From assembly GCA_963753595.1 (NCBI GenBank), contig CAVWCX010000027.1, positions 32,001 to 96,000 on the forward strand: a DNA stretch of 64,000 nucleotides. The letters run 5' to 3'. The translations under genes and the position numbers were made by a program. This DNA comes from Candidatus Methanoperedenaceae archaeon (lineage in GTDB: Archaea; Halobacteriota; Methanosarcinia; Methanosarcinales; Methanoperedenaceae). Every line of letters starts with the position of its first letter. Position 1 is the first letter of the stretch. The notes below the pieces were generated by a model. It had not been told where the DNA came from. It ran no database searches and worked only from the letters and a program-made list of their open reading frames with translations. Shown here in pieces: positions 1 through 10,223 of the stretch.

Positions 1-2020
1 GGACAAGCCAGAGTGTTGTTTCTGAAAGCGCCCTGATATCTCCTTCTCCGATCCCGAATTTTTTCACGATGTCTTCTTCTTTTATCTCATTTATCCAGTC
101 AAGCATCACGCATGCGGTCTTGACCTGTGAGAGGAACCATTCGTAATCAACCTTGAACTGGGGCGGTATATGTACGAATTCGGTATGGTGGTCCATGACA
201 AGATCGCTCAGCCAGTTGTAATCATTTGAACGCAAATACAACTGGCGCATATCGGGTGTCGAGGCAATAAGATGCAGAAGCGTCATTTCAGTATATTGGA
301 TATCTTTTTCTTCTATCTTTTCCATCCCTTCGATCATCAATGATGCAGAAAGCGGATCAATATACAGGCGGGAGACCTTTTCACCAAGGTGGGTTGCAAA
401 AAGTCCGTCTTTTTGGACTATCATCTTCTTTTCAACAAGGAAACGGATTATATTGTCGATCACGACTTTGAGGCTCCATGGTTCCTGCTGGGTTGAATAA
501 AAAGTAGCGCGCATGAACTCCAGCAATTCAGTCATTGTTGGCGCAAATCCCGTGACGATCAAAGAAAGGATGTGTGTGCGTAATGCGTTTTCAGTACCAA
601 GTTTTGAATATATTTTTTCAGGACCCGCAAGAACATACAGTCCCATAAGTTCATCCATTTCATCATATGTTTTTGCAACAAGTACAGATTCACCATAAGG
701 GTCAAGTCCCGGCCTTCCTGCTCTTCCTGCCATCTGCTTATATTCAAGAACAGGTATAGGCACCTGGCCAAAATTCACATCATAACGCCTGAAACCTTTA
801 ATTATGACCCGTCGCGCCGGAAGATTCAGCCCCGCTGCAAGCGTTGGCGTCGCTGCTATTACTTTAATGATTCCGTTTCGAAATCCATCCTCGATGAGTT
901 TCCGCTGCTCTGAAATAAGACCGGCATGATGGAATGCGCTCCCGTTCTCAACACACATGGCAAGCTTTTTTGCGGTATCAACTTCACTTGTTTCATGAAC
1001 TTCTGCCGCGAGATCTTTTAGTTTTTCCCTGGTATCATGATCCAGGAGTTTTGAAATTGAAATACCCAGTCGCCCTGCCATACCTTCGGTGTTCTTCCTG
1101 CTGCTTTCAAAAACAAGGCACTGTCCGCCTTCTTTGATAGTATCGGCAACAAGTTTTATGGCGCTGTCGCTATGGAATTCTTTGACCTCTCGCTGGCTCC
1201 TGTCACCGAATGTAATGGCATTTCCGAAATAGACCCCTTCTTTTAATACAATGGGACGCCATTCGCTCAAAACAAGTTCGGCACAAAGCCATTTTGCTAC
1301 TTCCCATGCATTTCCTATAGTTGCTGAAAGCGCTATTATCCGGGGCCTGAGTTTTATCAATTTCGCGAGTACTATCTCAAGTGTTGGCCCGCGGTCCGGC
1401 GAGTCAATAAGATGCACCTCATCTGCGATCACTACTGTGATCTCTTCCATCCATTGCGACCTGTTTCGAAGCAGTGAATCAACTTTTTCGGAAGTGGCAA
1501 CGATAATATCAAAATCACCGAGCCACTCGTCACGGGAATCGAAATCACCGGTAGCGATACCCGTTGAAACTCCTTTCCCGTCGCTTTTCTTTATCCTCTC
1601 AAAACTGCGAAAACGCTCGTACTTTTCACTTGCAAGAGCGCGAAGAGGCACGATGTATAGAGCTTTTCCTTTTTTAGTTTCATTCAATACCGATTGCAGC
1701 ATGACAAATTCTGCAAGGAGTGTTTTACCAGAGGCTGTTGGGATAGCAGCCACGATATTCTTTCCTTCAAGAAGCCCTGCATCAATGGCTGCTGACTGCG
1801 GAGGATAGAGTGATTCGATCCCCGAATCCATGTAAAATTGTTTTACAGGGGTTGGCAGGTTGAGATCGGTTATTTTTATTCTTTTTTCAAGTGGTGCAGG
1901 TTTATTAATTTTATTTGCCGGAGTGAATCCTGGATCGGTTATTGTTGGTTTTTTGGATGATTTTTCTTTTATGATCTTCTCTTTTTTTATTTTCGCCCCG
2001 GCCAATTCAAACTTAACCAT
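1..2020 (-). CDS. hel308: Hel308/Hjm Ski2-like ATP-dependent DNA helicase (runs off left edge)
   Basis: Not in ORF track. Manual minus-strand translation from ATG at 2020 gives ...ESLYPPQSAAIDAGLLEGKNIVAAIPTASGKTLLAE, DEVH, LSAT, TPTLAAGLNLPARRV and QMAGRAGRPGLDPYGE motifs. Confidence 0.93.
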   Translation of the reverse strand, partial: MVKFELAGAKIKKEKIIKEKSSKKPTITDPGFTPANKINKPAPLEKRIKITDLNLPTPVKQFYMDSGIESLYPPQSAAIDAGLLEGKNIVAAIPTASGKTLLAEFVMLQSVLNETKKGKALYIVPLRALASEKYERFRSFERIKKSDGKGVSTGIATGDFDSRDEWLGDFDIIVATSEKVDSLLRNRSQWMEEITVVIADEVHLIDSPDRGPTLEIVLAKLIKLRPRIIALSATIGNAWEVAKWLCAELVLSEWRPIVLKEGVYFGNAITFGDRSQREVKEFHSDSAIKLVADTIKEGGQCLVFESSRKNTEGMAGRLGISISKLLDHDTREKLKDLAAEVHETSEVDTAKKLAMCVENGSAFHHAGLISEQRKLIEDGFRNGIIKVIAATPTLAAGLNLPARRVIIKGFRRYDVNFGQVPIPVLEYKQMAGRAGRPGLDPYGESVLVAKTYDEMDELMGLYVLAGPEKIYSKLGTENALRTHILSLIVTGFAPTMTELLEFMRATFYSTQQEPWSLKVVIDNIIRFLVEKKMIVQKDGLFATHLGEKVSRLYIDPLSASLMIEGMEKIEEKDIQYTEMTLLHLIASTPDMRQLYLRSNDYNWLSDLVMDHHTEFVHIPPQFKVDYEWFLSQVKTACVMLDWINEIKEEDIVKKFGIGEGDIRALSETTLWLV

Positions 2021-2151
2021 TTTTTGATAATATGGGTTTGGATTAAAAATAGCTTCTTATCAAGAGAATTTTGATGTTATAAACCCGAATAATTTTCAAC
2101 TTAGAGTCTCAAAATGATTAAATATCCTGCTGTTCATCCTGATAGCATATT

Positions 2152-3609
2152 ATGACGCTCTCTATCAATCTCACAAATAATGAAAAACGGGTTTTACTGG
2201 CACTTTCCAGGAAAGATAGATTTTCACCGGAAGACCTTGCTGCGGCCTCGGAATTAAGTATTGAAGCTTCCATGCAATCCGCATTCATGCTGGCTGAAAA
2301 AAGCCTGTGCGAGATAAAAGAAACGGTCACGATAACATACAACCTTACAAAAGAAGGGGAACAGTATGCGCAAATTTCGCTTCCTGAGCGACAGGTCATG
2401 AATTCGTTAAAGGCGCCCCTTTCCCTTTCCGAATTAAAACAAAAATTTCCGCCTCAGATGGTGGGGATCGCTCTTGGCTGGCTCCGAAAGAAAAACTGGG
2501 TAAAAATTGAAGGCGACAGGATCATCCCCGTAGAAAAAGCCGAGGTGGGCGAAGATGAAAATATTCTTACAAAGCTAAAGAAAGGCCCCCTTTCAGACAT
2601 CGGAGAGGCCGTGAAGGATTTGATCAAACGTAATCTTGTTGAAAAAACAGAGAAAAAGAGCCGGATAATAATTATCACTTCTGCTGGAAAAGGCCTTGCA
2701 GCAAAGGGTTTGGCCATCGAGGAAGAAATTGTACAGCTTACACCCACAATAATCACAAGCGGCTCATGGAAAAACGCGCGTATTCGCCCTTATGATATCC
2801 ATACACCGATAAAACCGGTATATGGCGCAAAACTCCACCCATACCAGCGCCTTATCAATGAGATGCGGCAAATTTTCCTTGAGATGGGCTTTACCGAGAT
2901 AAAAGGCGACATTGTCCAGAGCTCATTCTGGAATTTCGATGCCCTCTTCCAGCCGCAGGAGCATCCTGCGCGGGAAATGCAGGATACTTTCCACCTTGCC
3001 ACAGAATGCGACCTGCCCGAAGAATACATTAAACCTGTTAAGGAAATGCATGAAAAAGGAGGCGGCATTTCCAGGGGATGGGGAGGCAAATGGAGTGAGG
3101 ACGTAGCCAGGAAACAGGTGCTTCGGACGCATACAACAGCAGTAACTATAAAATATCTTGCGGATCATCCCGACGACGCTGTAAAAGCTTTCTGCATAGA
3201 CAGGGCATACAGGCGCGAAGCTATTGACCCGACACATACACCTGAATTTGAACAGCTTGAAGGTGTGGTCATGGATAAAGATGTGAGCTTCAAGAACCTG
3301 CTTGGCTGCTTGACCGAGTTCTATCACAGGATGGGCTTTGACGAAGTTCGTTTCAGGCCCGGATATTTCCCATACACAGAACCAAGCGTAGAACCTGAAG
3401 TTTATATCGAAAGCAGGGGAAAATGGGTCGAACTTGGCGGCGCCGGAGTATTTCGAAAAGAAGTCACGCTGCCACTGGGCATCAAACAGCCTGTGCTTGC
3501 ATGGGGCCTGGGAGTGAGCCGCGTTGCGATGCTTCGCCTTGGACTTAAAGACCTGAGGGAGTTGTACCAGAGCGATATTGACTGGCTCAGGAAGAGTACG
3601 GTTGTTTGA
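2152..3609 (+). CDS. pheS: Phenylalanyl-tRNA synthetase alpha subunit (archaeal type)
   Basis: [42 protein letters not shown] and AWGLGVSR motifs. Confidence 0.97.
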   Translation: MTLSINLTNNEKRVLLALSRKDRFSPEDLAAASELSIEASMQSAFMLAEKSLCEIKETVTITYNLTKEGEQYAQISLPERQVMNSLKAPLSLSELKQKFPPQMVGIALGWLRKKNWVKIEGDRIIPVEKAEVGEDENILTKLKKGPLSDIGEAVKDLIKRNLVEKTEKKSRIIIITSAGKGLAAKGLAIEEEIVQLTPTIITSGSWKNARIRPYDIHTPIKPVYGAKLHPYQRLINEMRQIFLEMGFTEIKGDIVQSSFWNFDALFQPQEHPAREMQDTFHLATECDLPEEYIKPVKEMHEKGGGISRGWGGKWSEDVARKQVLRTHTTAVTIKYLADHPDDAVKAFCIDRAYRREAIDPTHTPEFEQLEGVVMDKDVSFKNLLGCLTEFYHRMGFDEVRFRPGYFPYTEPSVEPEVYIESRGKWVELGGAGVFRKEVTLPLGIKQPVLAWGLGVSRVAMLRLGLKDLRELYQSDIDWLRKSTVV

Positions 3610-3643
3610 GGAGTTGAAACAATTTTAAAAATGTTTAAACATT

Positions 3644-4075
3644 TTATTCCTTCAGGAAATTATCTATTTCTCAACAAAAATTGCTGCCAGACTTCAGGAA
3701 TATCATTAGCCAACTTTCAAGTTGTTTCTCATCTAGCATAAATCCTTATTCATGAATGAAAAAATGCCTCAAAGTCAAGTATTTATATATTTTTTAGATA
3801 CTTTCTGTCAAATAATTACAGCAGATATTGATTTATTTAAAAGGTCATTATGCTAGTTGTTTGATTTTCGTTATACTCCAATCTGTTGATACAAAATTTG
3901 TTTTAGAATAGTTTTATCCAATATATGTATTCTGAAGAAAGGTCCTTATAAATGGAAGTTCCATGATTGTTGTTTCAATTCTTAATTTAACAGTGATTAT
4001 TCAGATTATTAATGTCAATAAAAACCTGGTTATTATTCTTGTAAATCTTATTGCAAGACATTTCACTAATTAAAT
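3644..4075 (-). pseudogene. Decayed HEPN (HepT-like RNase) toxin
   Basis: Minus-strand fragments TFLQNTY, ILKQILYQQ, *HNDLLNKS and KYLTLRHFFIHE*GFMLDEKQLE...EIDNFLKE*, with an R-x4-H motif at 3752-3769. Many stops and frameshifts. 5' boundary approximate. Confidence 0.7.
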
Positions 4076-4361
4076 TATTACTCCTTTCTTTTCCTAAAAG
4101 CTTATGAATAATTATTTTTTATTAATTCAGGTCAATGAGCTGGACAGGTTGTGACATTAATTCTTAAATTAAAATCAGTATAAAATATCAAAAAATAATC
4201 TGGGATAGTTTCCTTTTCACCAAGTCTAGATGTTGTGATTCCTCTAATAGGTTTTTACTTTTTGGGTAGAGATATTATAAATCGAAATATGAATGAATGG
4301 AAGAAACTTTATATTTTTTTTCATATTTTATGATCATTTCTTTATCATTTTCTGATATCAT
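4075..4361 (-). pseudogene. Decayed minimal nucleotidyltransferase (MNT) antitoxin
   Basis: GGAGG SD, then MISENDKEMIIKYEKKYKVSSI. Downstream fragments PDYFLIFY and MSQPVQLIDL resemble the MNT C-half. Lies directly upstream of the HEPN relic. Confidence 0.6.
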
Positions 4362-4522
4362 TTCCTGCCTCCTATTCTATCCGCATTTGATGTTCATCTC
4401 TGGGCATGTTTCAAATTCCTTTTACCACGATTTTAAAATGATGCAATCGTAATATCTTTTCTTCATACTGTTAATTAAGGATAAATTTATAAATTAAATT
4501 GTTTATCAAATACAATAGAACG

Positions 4523-5188
4523 ATGAAAATGGAAGAGATCACATTTATTACGGAAGACGGAGTGAAAATTTCAGGGAACTATTTCAAACCAAAAAAAGAA
4601 CATGCGCCAGTTTTTCTATTATTGCATATGATGCCATCCACAAAAGAGAGCTGGAACCAGTTTGCAGCCCGCCTCCAGGAAAATGGTTTTGCTGCCCTTG
4701 CGATCGATCTGCGTGGGCATGGCAGTAGCACAGATAAGAATGGATCGAAATTGGATTACAAGGAATTCAAAGATGAGGAACACAGGGAATCCATGAAGGA
4801 CATTGCTGCTGCAAAGGAATTCCTGAAAGGCAAGGGTGCGGACATATCCAGGATGGCAATCGCGGGAGCAAGCATTGGCGCGAACCTTGCCCTGTGGCAG
4901 GCCTCCATCGACAAAGATGTTTTGCTCCTTGTCCTGTTATCACCCGGCCTGAATTACAGGGGAATACAGGCGGCTCAACTTGCTCCCGGGTATTGCGGCC
5001 CTGTCTATATCTTGGCAAGTGACGGAGATACAAATGCTGCAAAAAGCAGCAGGGAATTATTTGGGATTTTTCCGGGTGATAAGGAATTAGAGGTCATACA
5101 GGGAAATTCACATGGTACTAACATGTTCATTTCGGAACCTGAACAGATCGATAAAATATTTGTATGGGCAACGAACAAAATAATTTAA
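4523..5188 (+). CDS. Alpha/beta-fold hydrolase
   Basis: LLHM, IDLRGHG, GASIG nucleophile elbow, C-terminal HG. Confidence 0.85.
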   Translation: MKMEEITFITEDGVKISGNYFKPKKEHAPVFLLLHMMPSTKESWNQFAARLQENGFAALAIDLRGHGSSTDKNGSKLDYKEFKDEEHRESMKDIAAAKEFLKGKGADISRMAIAGASIGANLALWQASIDKDVLLLVLLSPGLNYRGIQAAQLAPGYCGPVYILASDGDTNAAKSSRELFGIFPGDKELEVIQGNSHGTNMFISEPEQIDKIFVWATNKII

Positions 5189-5235
5189 ATATTAATTCTC
5201 CTAATATAATCAGAAGGGTTCAAGGAGAATAAACA

Positions 5236-5940
5236 ATGGTTGATTGGAATGACAACACGGTCAAACTTGCAGTATATCTGATATACGGGACAAGCTTTCT
5301 TTTAATGTTTGCCGCACTGGCTTTGTGGAAAAAAAGTGTAAGTCACATTGAGATCATGGACGATTTCAAATACCTGGCTGCTTTTGGGCTTCTTCACGGT
5401 CTTGCCGAATATTCGGATATCCCCAGATTCCTGGCGTGGGAGCCTTCCTGGATTTTTGACCTTGTCAAGTTGTTACTAGTCTCAGGTTCATTTGCAGCTC
5501 TTCTTGCCTTTGGATTGAATATAATCTCAGCAGGAATTGAAGAGCGCAGATGGCTTCGCGGAATACCTTACGGGGCATTTTTGATGTATATCTGGTTGTT
5601 GGTTTTTGTTGGACTTGATTTTACAAACCTGGATACGGGTATTAATTATAAAACAGCCGACCTGGCACAGCGCTATAGTATGGGATTGATCGGCGCAGCT
5701 GTTACATCATATGCATTTTTTGACCTGTCAGGAAAGATGAATGCCATTGTGAGTAAGATGGCAGGGAATAAATTCAAATTTGCAGGAATTGCATTTGCCT
5801 TATATGCTATATTTGGAGGGATTAACGTAAATCCTCTATTTGGAATACCCGCGGTTGTTTATCGCTCTGTGACAGCTGTAATAATAACTATAGCAGTTAT
5901 AAGAATATTCAGATTGTTCAAGGTAAAGGAATCGAAATAG
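5236..5940 (+). CDS. Polytopic membrane protein, stand-alone sensor-like domain
   Basis: About 7 hydrophobic segments, LAAFGLLHGLAEY motif, GGAG SD. Confidence 0.7.
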   Translation: MVDWNDNTVKLAVYLIYGTSFLLMFAALALWKKSVSHIEIMDDFKYLAAFGLLHGLAEYSDIPRFLAWEPSWIFDLVKLLLVSGSFAALLAFGLNIISAGIEERRWLRGIPYGAFLMYIWLLVFVGLDFTNLDTGINYKTADLAQRYSMGLIGAAVTSYAFFDLSGKMNAIVSKMAGNKFKFAGIAFALYAIFGGINVNPLFGIPAVVYRSVTAVIITIAVIRIFRLFKVKESK

Positions 5941-5994
5941 ATATGGCAATACCGATCAATAAAGACCAGATTAAATAAAATATCCCCGGATCAA

Positions 5995-6531
5995 ATGGCA
6001 CTCAAAATAAATATTAGAAAGAATAGTATTTTAATATCAGCTATCGTATTAATTATTTCCGTACTTTTAATAATCGATAGATTGCTGGCAACAGGTCCTG
6101 TACAGCTTATCCTGGCGGATGGTAAAGCCGTGCCTGTAGAGAGCGCTTCTTTTTTTTCAATAAATGAAGTGTTATTTTTCATAATAACTGCCTGGCTTGG
6201 CGGCATGTCTTTTCTCTACATAATACTCTTTTCAAAGGAAAACCAGATACATGGGTCAAAAGATGAAGAAATATCCGGATCGAAAAGAGATAACGCAGTA
6301 ATACCTGAAAGCAACAATACAGCCATGTTAGCTGCCACTATCCTCGAAGGTGATGAGAAGATATTGTTCCAGAATATCCTGGATAACGACGGGATACCGC
6401 AAAGAGAACTCATTGTAAAGACAGGTTTTTCAGAGCCAAAGGTAAGCAGGCTTCTTGACAGGGCTGAAAGAAGAGGATTAATAGTCCGCCAGAGAGACGG
6501 GATGGGAAACAGGATATTTCTGAAAAAATGA
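5995..6531 (+). CDS. Membrane-anchored winged-helix transcriptional regulator
   Basis: Two N-terminal TM segments and a C-terminal wHTH (IPQRELIVKTGFSEPKVSRLLDRAERRGLIVRQRDG). Confidence 0.8.
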   Translation: MALKINIRKNSILISAIVLIISVLLIIDRLLATGPVQLILADGKAVPVESASFFSINEVLFFIITAWLGGMSFLYIILFSKENQIHGSKDEEISGSKRDNAVIPESNNTAMLAATILEGDEKILFQNILDNDGIPQRELIVKTGFSEPKVSRLLDRAERRGLIVRQRDGMGNRIFLKK

Positions 6532-6619
6532 AAGCATCGGCTTCATTTCATTATTCTGGAACTGCTTTCAGGATAATTTCAGGTAATTATTATATGGTCT
6601 TTCAGCCACTGATGAGCTT

Positions 6620-7018
6620 ATGAACCGATGGAAAGCATTTGCATTAATTATGATCGCCCTTCTGGCTATAGCCATTGGGGTAAGATTTACCTATTTAGAA
6701 GCGCATACTTTTCCAGTTGATGAGAAGAAAAGGACTTTTGCGATAAATGCAGCACAGAATGGATTAAGTGATGAAATCGGGAATAACAAATATAATGTTT
6801 CCATCCCGGATCGGGGGCGGATAATTTCTACCTTAAATGGGGATAAAAGAGTAGTACCTGTTGTTCTCACCCTGGAAAATATAACCTTTACCGCCCTTAT
6901 TGATATGGAAACAGGAGATATAGTGGAAAAAAGCAAAATGGAAACAAGAGGATGGATGATCGATTATAAGGACCAGAATTCAAAGCGGTGGGGCCATCAA
7001 CGCTTTTTTGACCGGTGA
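6620..7018 (+). CDS. Hypothetical exported/membrane-anchored protein
   Basis: N-terminal hydrophobic stretch; overlaps the ABC ATPase start. Confidence 0.65.
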   Translation: MNRWKAFALIMIALLAIAIGVRFTYLEAHTFPVDEKKRTFAINAAQNGLSDEIGNNKYNVSIPDRGRIISTLNGDKRVVPVVLTLENITFTALIDMETGDIVEKSKMETRGWMIDYKDQNSKRWGHQRFFDR

Positions 7019-7700
7019 TATGATGGAATATTTAATGGAATTACAGGATGTCTGGAAAATTTATCGCATGGGTGAGTTTGACGTACCTGCGCTTGCCGGA
7101 ATAGACCTTTCCGTCAAAACCGGTGAATTCGTAGCCATAACAGGACCCAGCGGCTGCGGTAAATCAACGATGCTAAATATGATCGGTTGTCTTGACATGC
7201 CAACACGCGGAAAAGTTTTGCTCGAAGAGAGGGATATATCGGAATTTAACAGTGACGAACTGGCGCGAGTGCGGGGTAAAAAAATAGGTTTCATATTCCA
7301 GACTTTTAACCTGTATCCTACCCTGACAGCTCTTGAGAATATCCGGCTGCCCATGAGGATACATGAATTTCCTGAGCCGGAGGTGGAAGAAACATCAAAA
7401 AAACTGCTTGAAATGGTGGGTTTATCTGAACGTGGAAACCATTTTCCGGCACAATTATCAGGCGGGCAGCAGCAAAGAGTGGCAGTTGCAAGGGCGCTGT
7501 CTACAGGCCCTTCTATTCTCCTGGCTGATGAGCCAACAGGGAATCTTGACACCAGATCAGGTGGCGAAGTAATGGATGTTTTTAAACGTTTGAACAGTGA
7601 GGGATTGACTATAGTTATGATAACACATGACCCAAGAATTGCAGGATATGCAGGAAGAGTTGTGAAAATGCTTGATGGAAAAATAGTAGGTGGAACATGA
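7008..7700 (+). CDS. ABC transporter ATP-binding protein (MacB/LolD type)
   Basis: GPSGCGKST, LSGGQQQRV, LADEPTGNLD, ITHD. Confidence 0.95.
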   Translation: MTGDMMEYLMELQDVWKIYRMGEFDVPALAGIDLSVKTGEFVAITGPSGCGKSTMLNMIGCLDMPTRGKVLLEERDISEFNSDELARVRGKKIGFIFQTFNLYPTLTALENIRLPMRIHEFPEPEVEETSKKLLEMVGLSERGNHFPAQLSGGQQQRVAVARALSTGPSILLADEPTGNLDTRSGGEVMDVFKRLNSEGLTIVMITHDPRIAGYAGRVVKMLDGKIVGGT

Positions 7701-8893
7701 AAAAATTAAATTTGATTTTAATGCTCGTATCGACATTAATGATAGCTCAGGTTGCATCCGCAGCCTCTGGTTATCTTGTGACTGAAAGCGCGCCTGTGTA
7801 TCCAGGGGATACGACATACGTCTATGTACCGATAAAGAACATGGGATTTGGGAACTTCATGGAGGATGTTACTGTAAAACTTGTGCCAAAGGAAGACTCT
7901 TCTGCAAATGCTGTAACCATCCTTAACGATATATATTCACTTGGAACTATTAACGATTGGGGCGATCAGCGAACTGCAAAGTTCAGGATATATGTAAATC
8001 CTGATACTGTGGAAGGAGATTATTATTTCAATGTTTTTATTACCTACAAGGGATTGCAAACAGACACCTCCAATCCACGCACGACTGCGACAACAAAACT
8101 CGAGGACCAGATATTGACTATCAGGGGAAAGCCAATGATAATGCTGGTAAATTCTAGTATCGGTATCGTGGGGCCAGGCAGCAAGAACATAGAGACGCTA
8201 ACATTTAAAAATACTGGAACGGGTACTGTACAAAATGCTGTTGCTGAAATAAACCTGGCCAGTACTAATTCAGTATTTTCGATACTTGGAGGAGGAAAGC
8301 AATTTTCACTGGGTACTTTAAAAGCGGGAGATGTTGCATCTATCACATTCGAACTTGCCGTAGATATAGCTGCAAATCCAGGGGTATATAATTTACCTGT
8401 AAAGATCACAGGACAGAACAATTATTCAACCGATAATCTCATAGGATTGGTTGTCGCTGGCATAACTGATTTTGATGTAAGCTATGTGGAGACCCTTAGC
8501 TCTTTTTCACTCAATGTCGCCAATGTGGGGATAAGCCCCGCAAGTGCAGTAGCGGTCAGCCTGCCGAGACAGAAAAATTTTTCAGTCACAGGAAGCAGTA
8601 CTTCAATGATCGGGAATTTAAAACCTGGTGATTACACATCCGCAATATTCCAGATAACCAAAACTGCCGGAGCGGGAAACGGTCTTGAATTTGAGATACA
8701 ATATACCGACACCAGCGGACAGAGACATTTGATCACGAAATATCTTAATGTGGAATTATCCCCATCCGGAACACAGGCAGGAAAAACGACAGGTGGTACG
8801 AATTATACACTATGGCTGGTGTTTATAGTAATTATACTGGTAATATACTGGCAGAGAGGAAAAATAGCAACATATTTCAAGAAACCTAAATGA
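7697..8893 (+). CDS. COG1361-like S-layer/Ig-domain surface protein
   Basis: Signal peptide, beta-rich repeats (KNTGTG, GNLKPG), C-terminal TM anchor; typical partner of archaeal MacB-type ABC systems. Confidence 0.8.
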   Translation: MKKLNLILMLVSTLMIAQVASAASGYLVTESAPVYPGDTTYVYVPIKNMGFGNFMEDVTVKLVPKEDSSANAVTILNDIYSLGTINDWGDQRTAKFRIYVNPDTVEGDYYFNVFITYKGLQTDTSNPRTTATTKLEDQILTIRGKPMIMLVNSSIGIVGPGSKNIETLTFKNTGTGTVQNAVAEINLASTNSVFSILGGGKQFSLGTLKAGDVASITFELAVDIAANPGVYNLPVKITGQNNYSTDNLIGLVVAGITDFDVSYVETLSSFSLNVANVGISPASAVAVSLPRQKNFSVTGSSTSMIGNLKPGDYTSAIFQITKTAGAGNGLEFEIQYTDTSGQRHLITKYLNVELSPSGTQAGKTTGGTNYTLWLVFIVIILVIYWQRGKIATYFKKPK

Positions 8894-8901
8894 GATAAAC
8901 T

Positions 8902-10149
8902 ATGAAGACGTTTGATATTTTTAAATTATCGTTAAGCCATGTCAGGAAAAGTAAGATGCGAAGCTGGCTTACGATAATAGGCATCGTAATCGGGGTAGCT
9001 GCGATCGTTGCTATAATCTCAATCGGTGAAGGCATGCAGGCAAGCGTGCAGAAAAGTCTTGGAAGTCTTGGAGCGGACCTGATCACGGTCTCTCCAGGAT
9101 ATTCGCGAGCTACAGGTATGGGAGGAGGGCATGGGCCAGAGGGCGGGGGAGCCTCGACTGTAAACCTCACGGATAAAGACCTGAATGCGATCAAACAGGT
9201 ATCTGGGGTGCTTTATGCATATGGAATGGTCTCTGGCAGGTCCGATATGATTTTAGGCACTGAAAAAACCTCAGTGTCCATTAGCGGGGTTGATACCGCG
9301 GTCTGGCGTTCCATAGTCACTACTGAGCTTGAATCGGGCAGGTATCTCCAGCCAGGGGATTCAAATGATGTCGTTATCGGTTATTCATTAGCCCATAATG
9401 TTTTTTTACAGCCGATAACCCAGAACAGGCCAATAACAATAGGAGGAAAAACATTCAAAGTCGTCGGGATTTTTGCTCAATCCGGTGGATTCGGAGGGAC
9501 AGACTATGCTGTATATATGCCTGCTGATTCCGCACGGGACGTTATAACTGAAACGGTAGAGAGGAATCAGTTCTCATCGATCACCGTGAAAATCACAGAC
9601 CAGAATATGGCAGAAATAGTGAAAACTGATATTGAAACAAAGCTTATGGCGTCACGCCATGTAAATTCAAGAACAAGGGATTTTACTGTGACTGCTTTTG
9701 CATCGATCCAGCAACAGATAAGCAGCGTAACCCAGGCCATAACATTGTTCCTTGGAGCAATTGCTGCTGTTTCGCTTCTTGTTGGCGCTGTGGGTATAGC
9801 AAATACCATGTTCATGTCGGTAATGGAACGAACGCGCCAGATCGGCCTCCTGAAGGCGCTTGGGGCTACTGATACCGAAGTAATGAAGCTTTTCCTGATC
9901 GAATCCGGATTATTCGGAGTTGTTGGGGGAGTGATAGGGATAACATTAGGTGTATTGATATCAGTATTAATATCATCCATAGGTCTTTCAATGGCGGGGC
10001 CGGGCGGGGCTATGACCACAGTCATTCCTCCCTCACTTATTATATTTGCACTTGCATTTTCTATTATCGTGGGCGTGCTTTCAGGTGTTATGCCCGCAAG
10101 GAATGCAGCAAAGATGAATCCGGTGGATGCGCTGAGGTTTGAACAATAA
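8902..10149 (+). CDS. ABC transporter permease (MacB/FtsX family)
   Basis: RSWLTIIGIVIGV, GIANTMFMSVMERTRQIGLLKALGA, PARNAAKMNPVDALRFE. Confidence 0.95.
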   Translation: MKTFDIFKLSLSHVRKSKMRSWLTIIGIVIGVAAIVAIISIGEGMQASVQKSLGSLGADLITVSPGYSRATGMGGGHGPEGGGASTVNLTDKDLNAIKQVSGVLYAYGMVSGRSDMILGTEKTSVSISGVDTAVWRSIVTTELESGRYLQPGDSNDVVIGYSLAHNVFLQPITQNRPITIGGKTFKVVGIFAQSGGFGGTDYAVYMPADSARDVITETVERNQFSSITVKITDQNMAEIVKTDIETKLMASRHVNSRTRDFTVTAFASIQQQISSVTQAITLFLGAIAAVSLLVGAVGIANTMFMSVMERTRQIGLLKALGATDTEVMKLFLIESGLFGVVGGVIGITLGVLISVLISSIGLSMAGPGGAMTTVIPPSLIIFALAFSIIVGVLSGVMPARNAAKMNPVDALRFEQ

Positions 10150-10223
10150 GATAACAGGAGCAAAATTTAAAATAATCACTAAAAACTATATACAATCAGG
10201 ACTAATTAAGAAGGGGGTAAAAT

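Noticed and set aside
3610-4498. AT-rich gap as a replication origin
   Set aside because: No repeated ORB-like boxes or cdc6 seen; the region is explained by the decayed MNT-HEPN pair.
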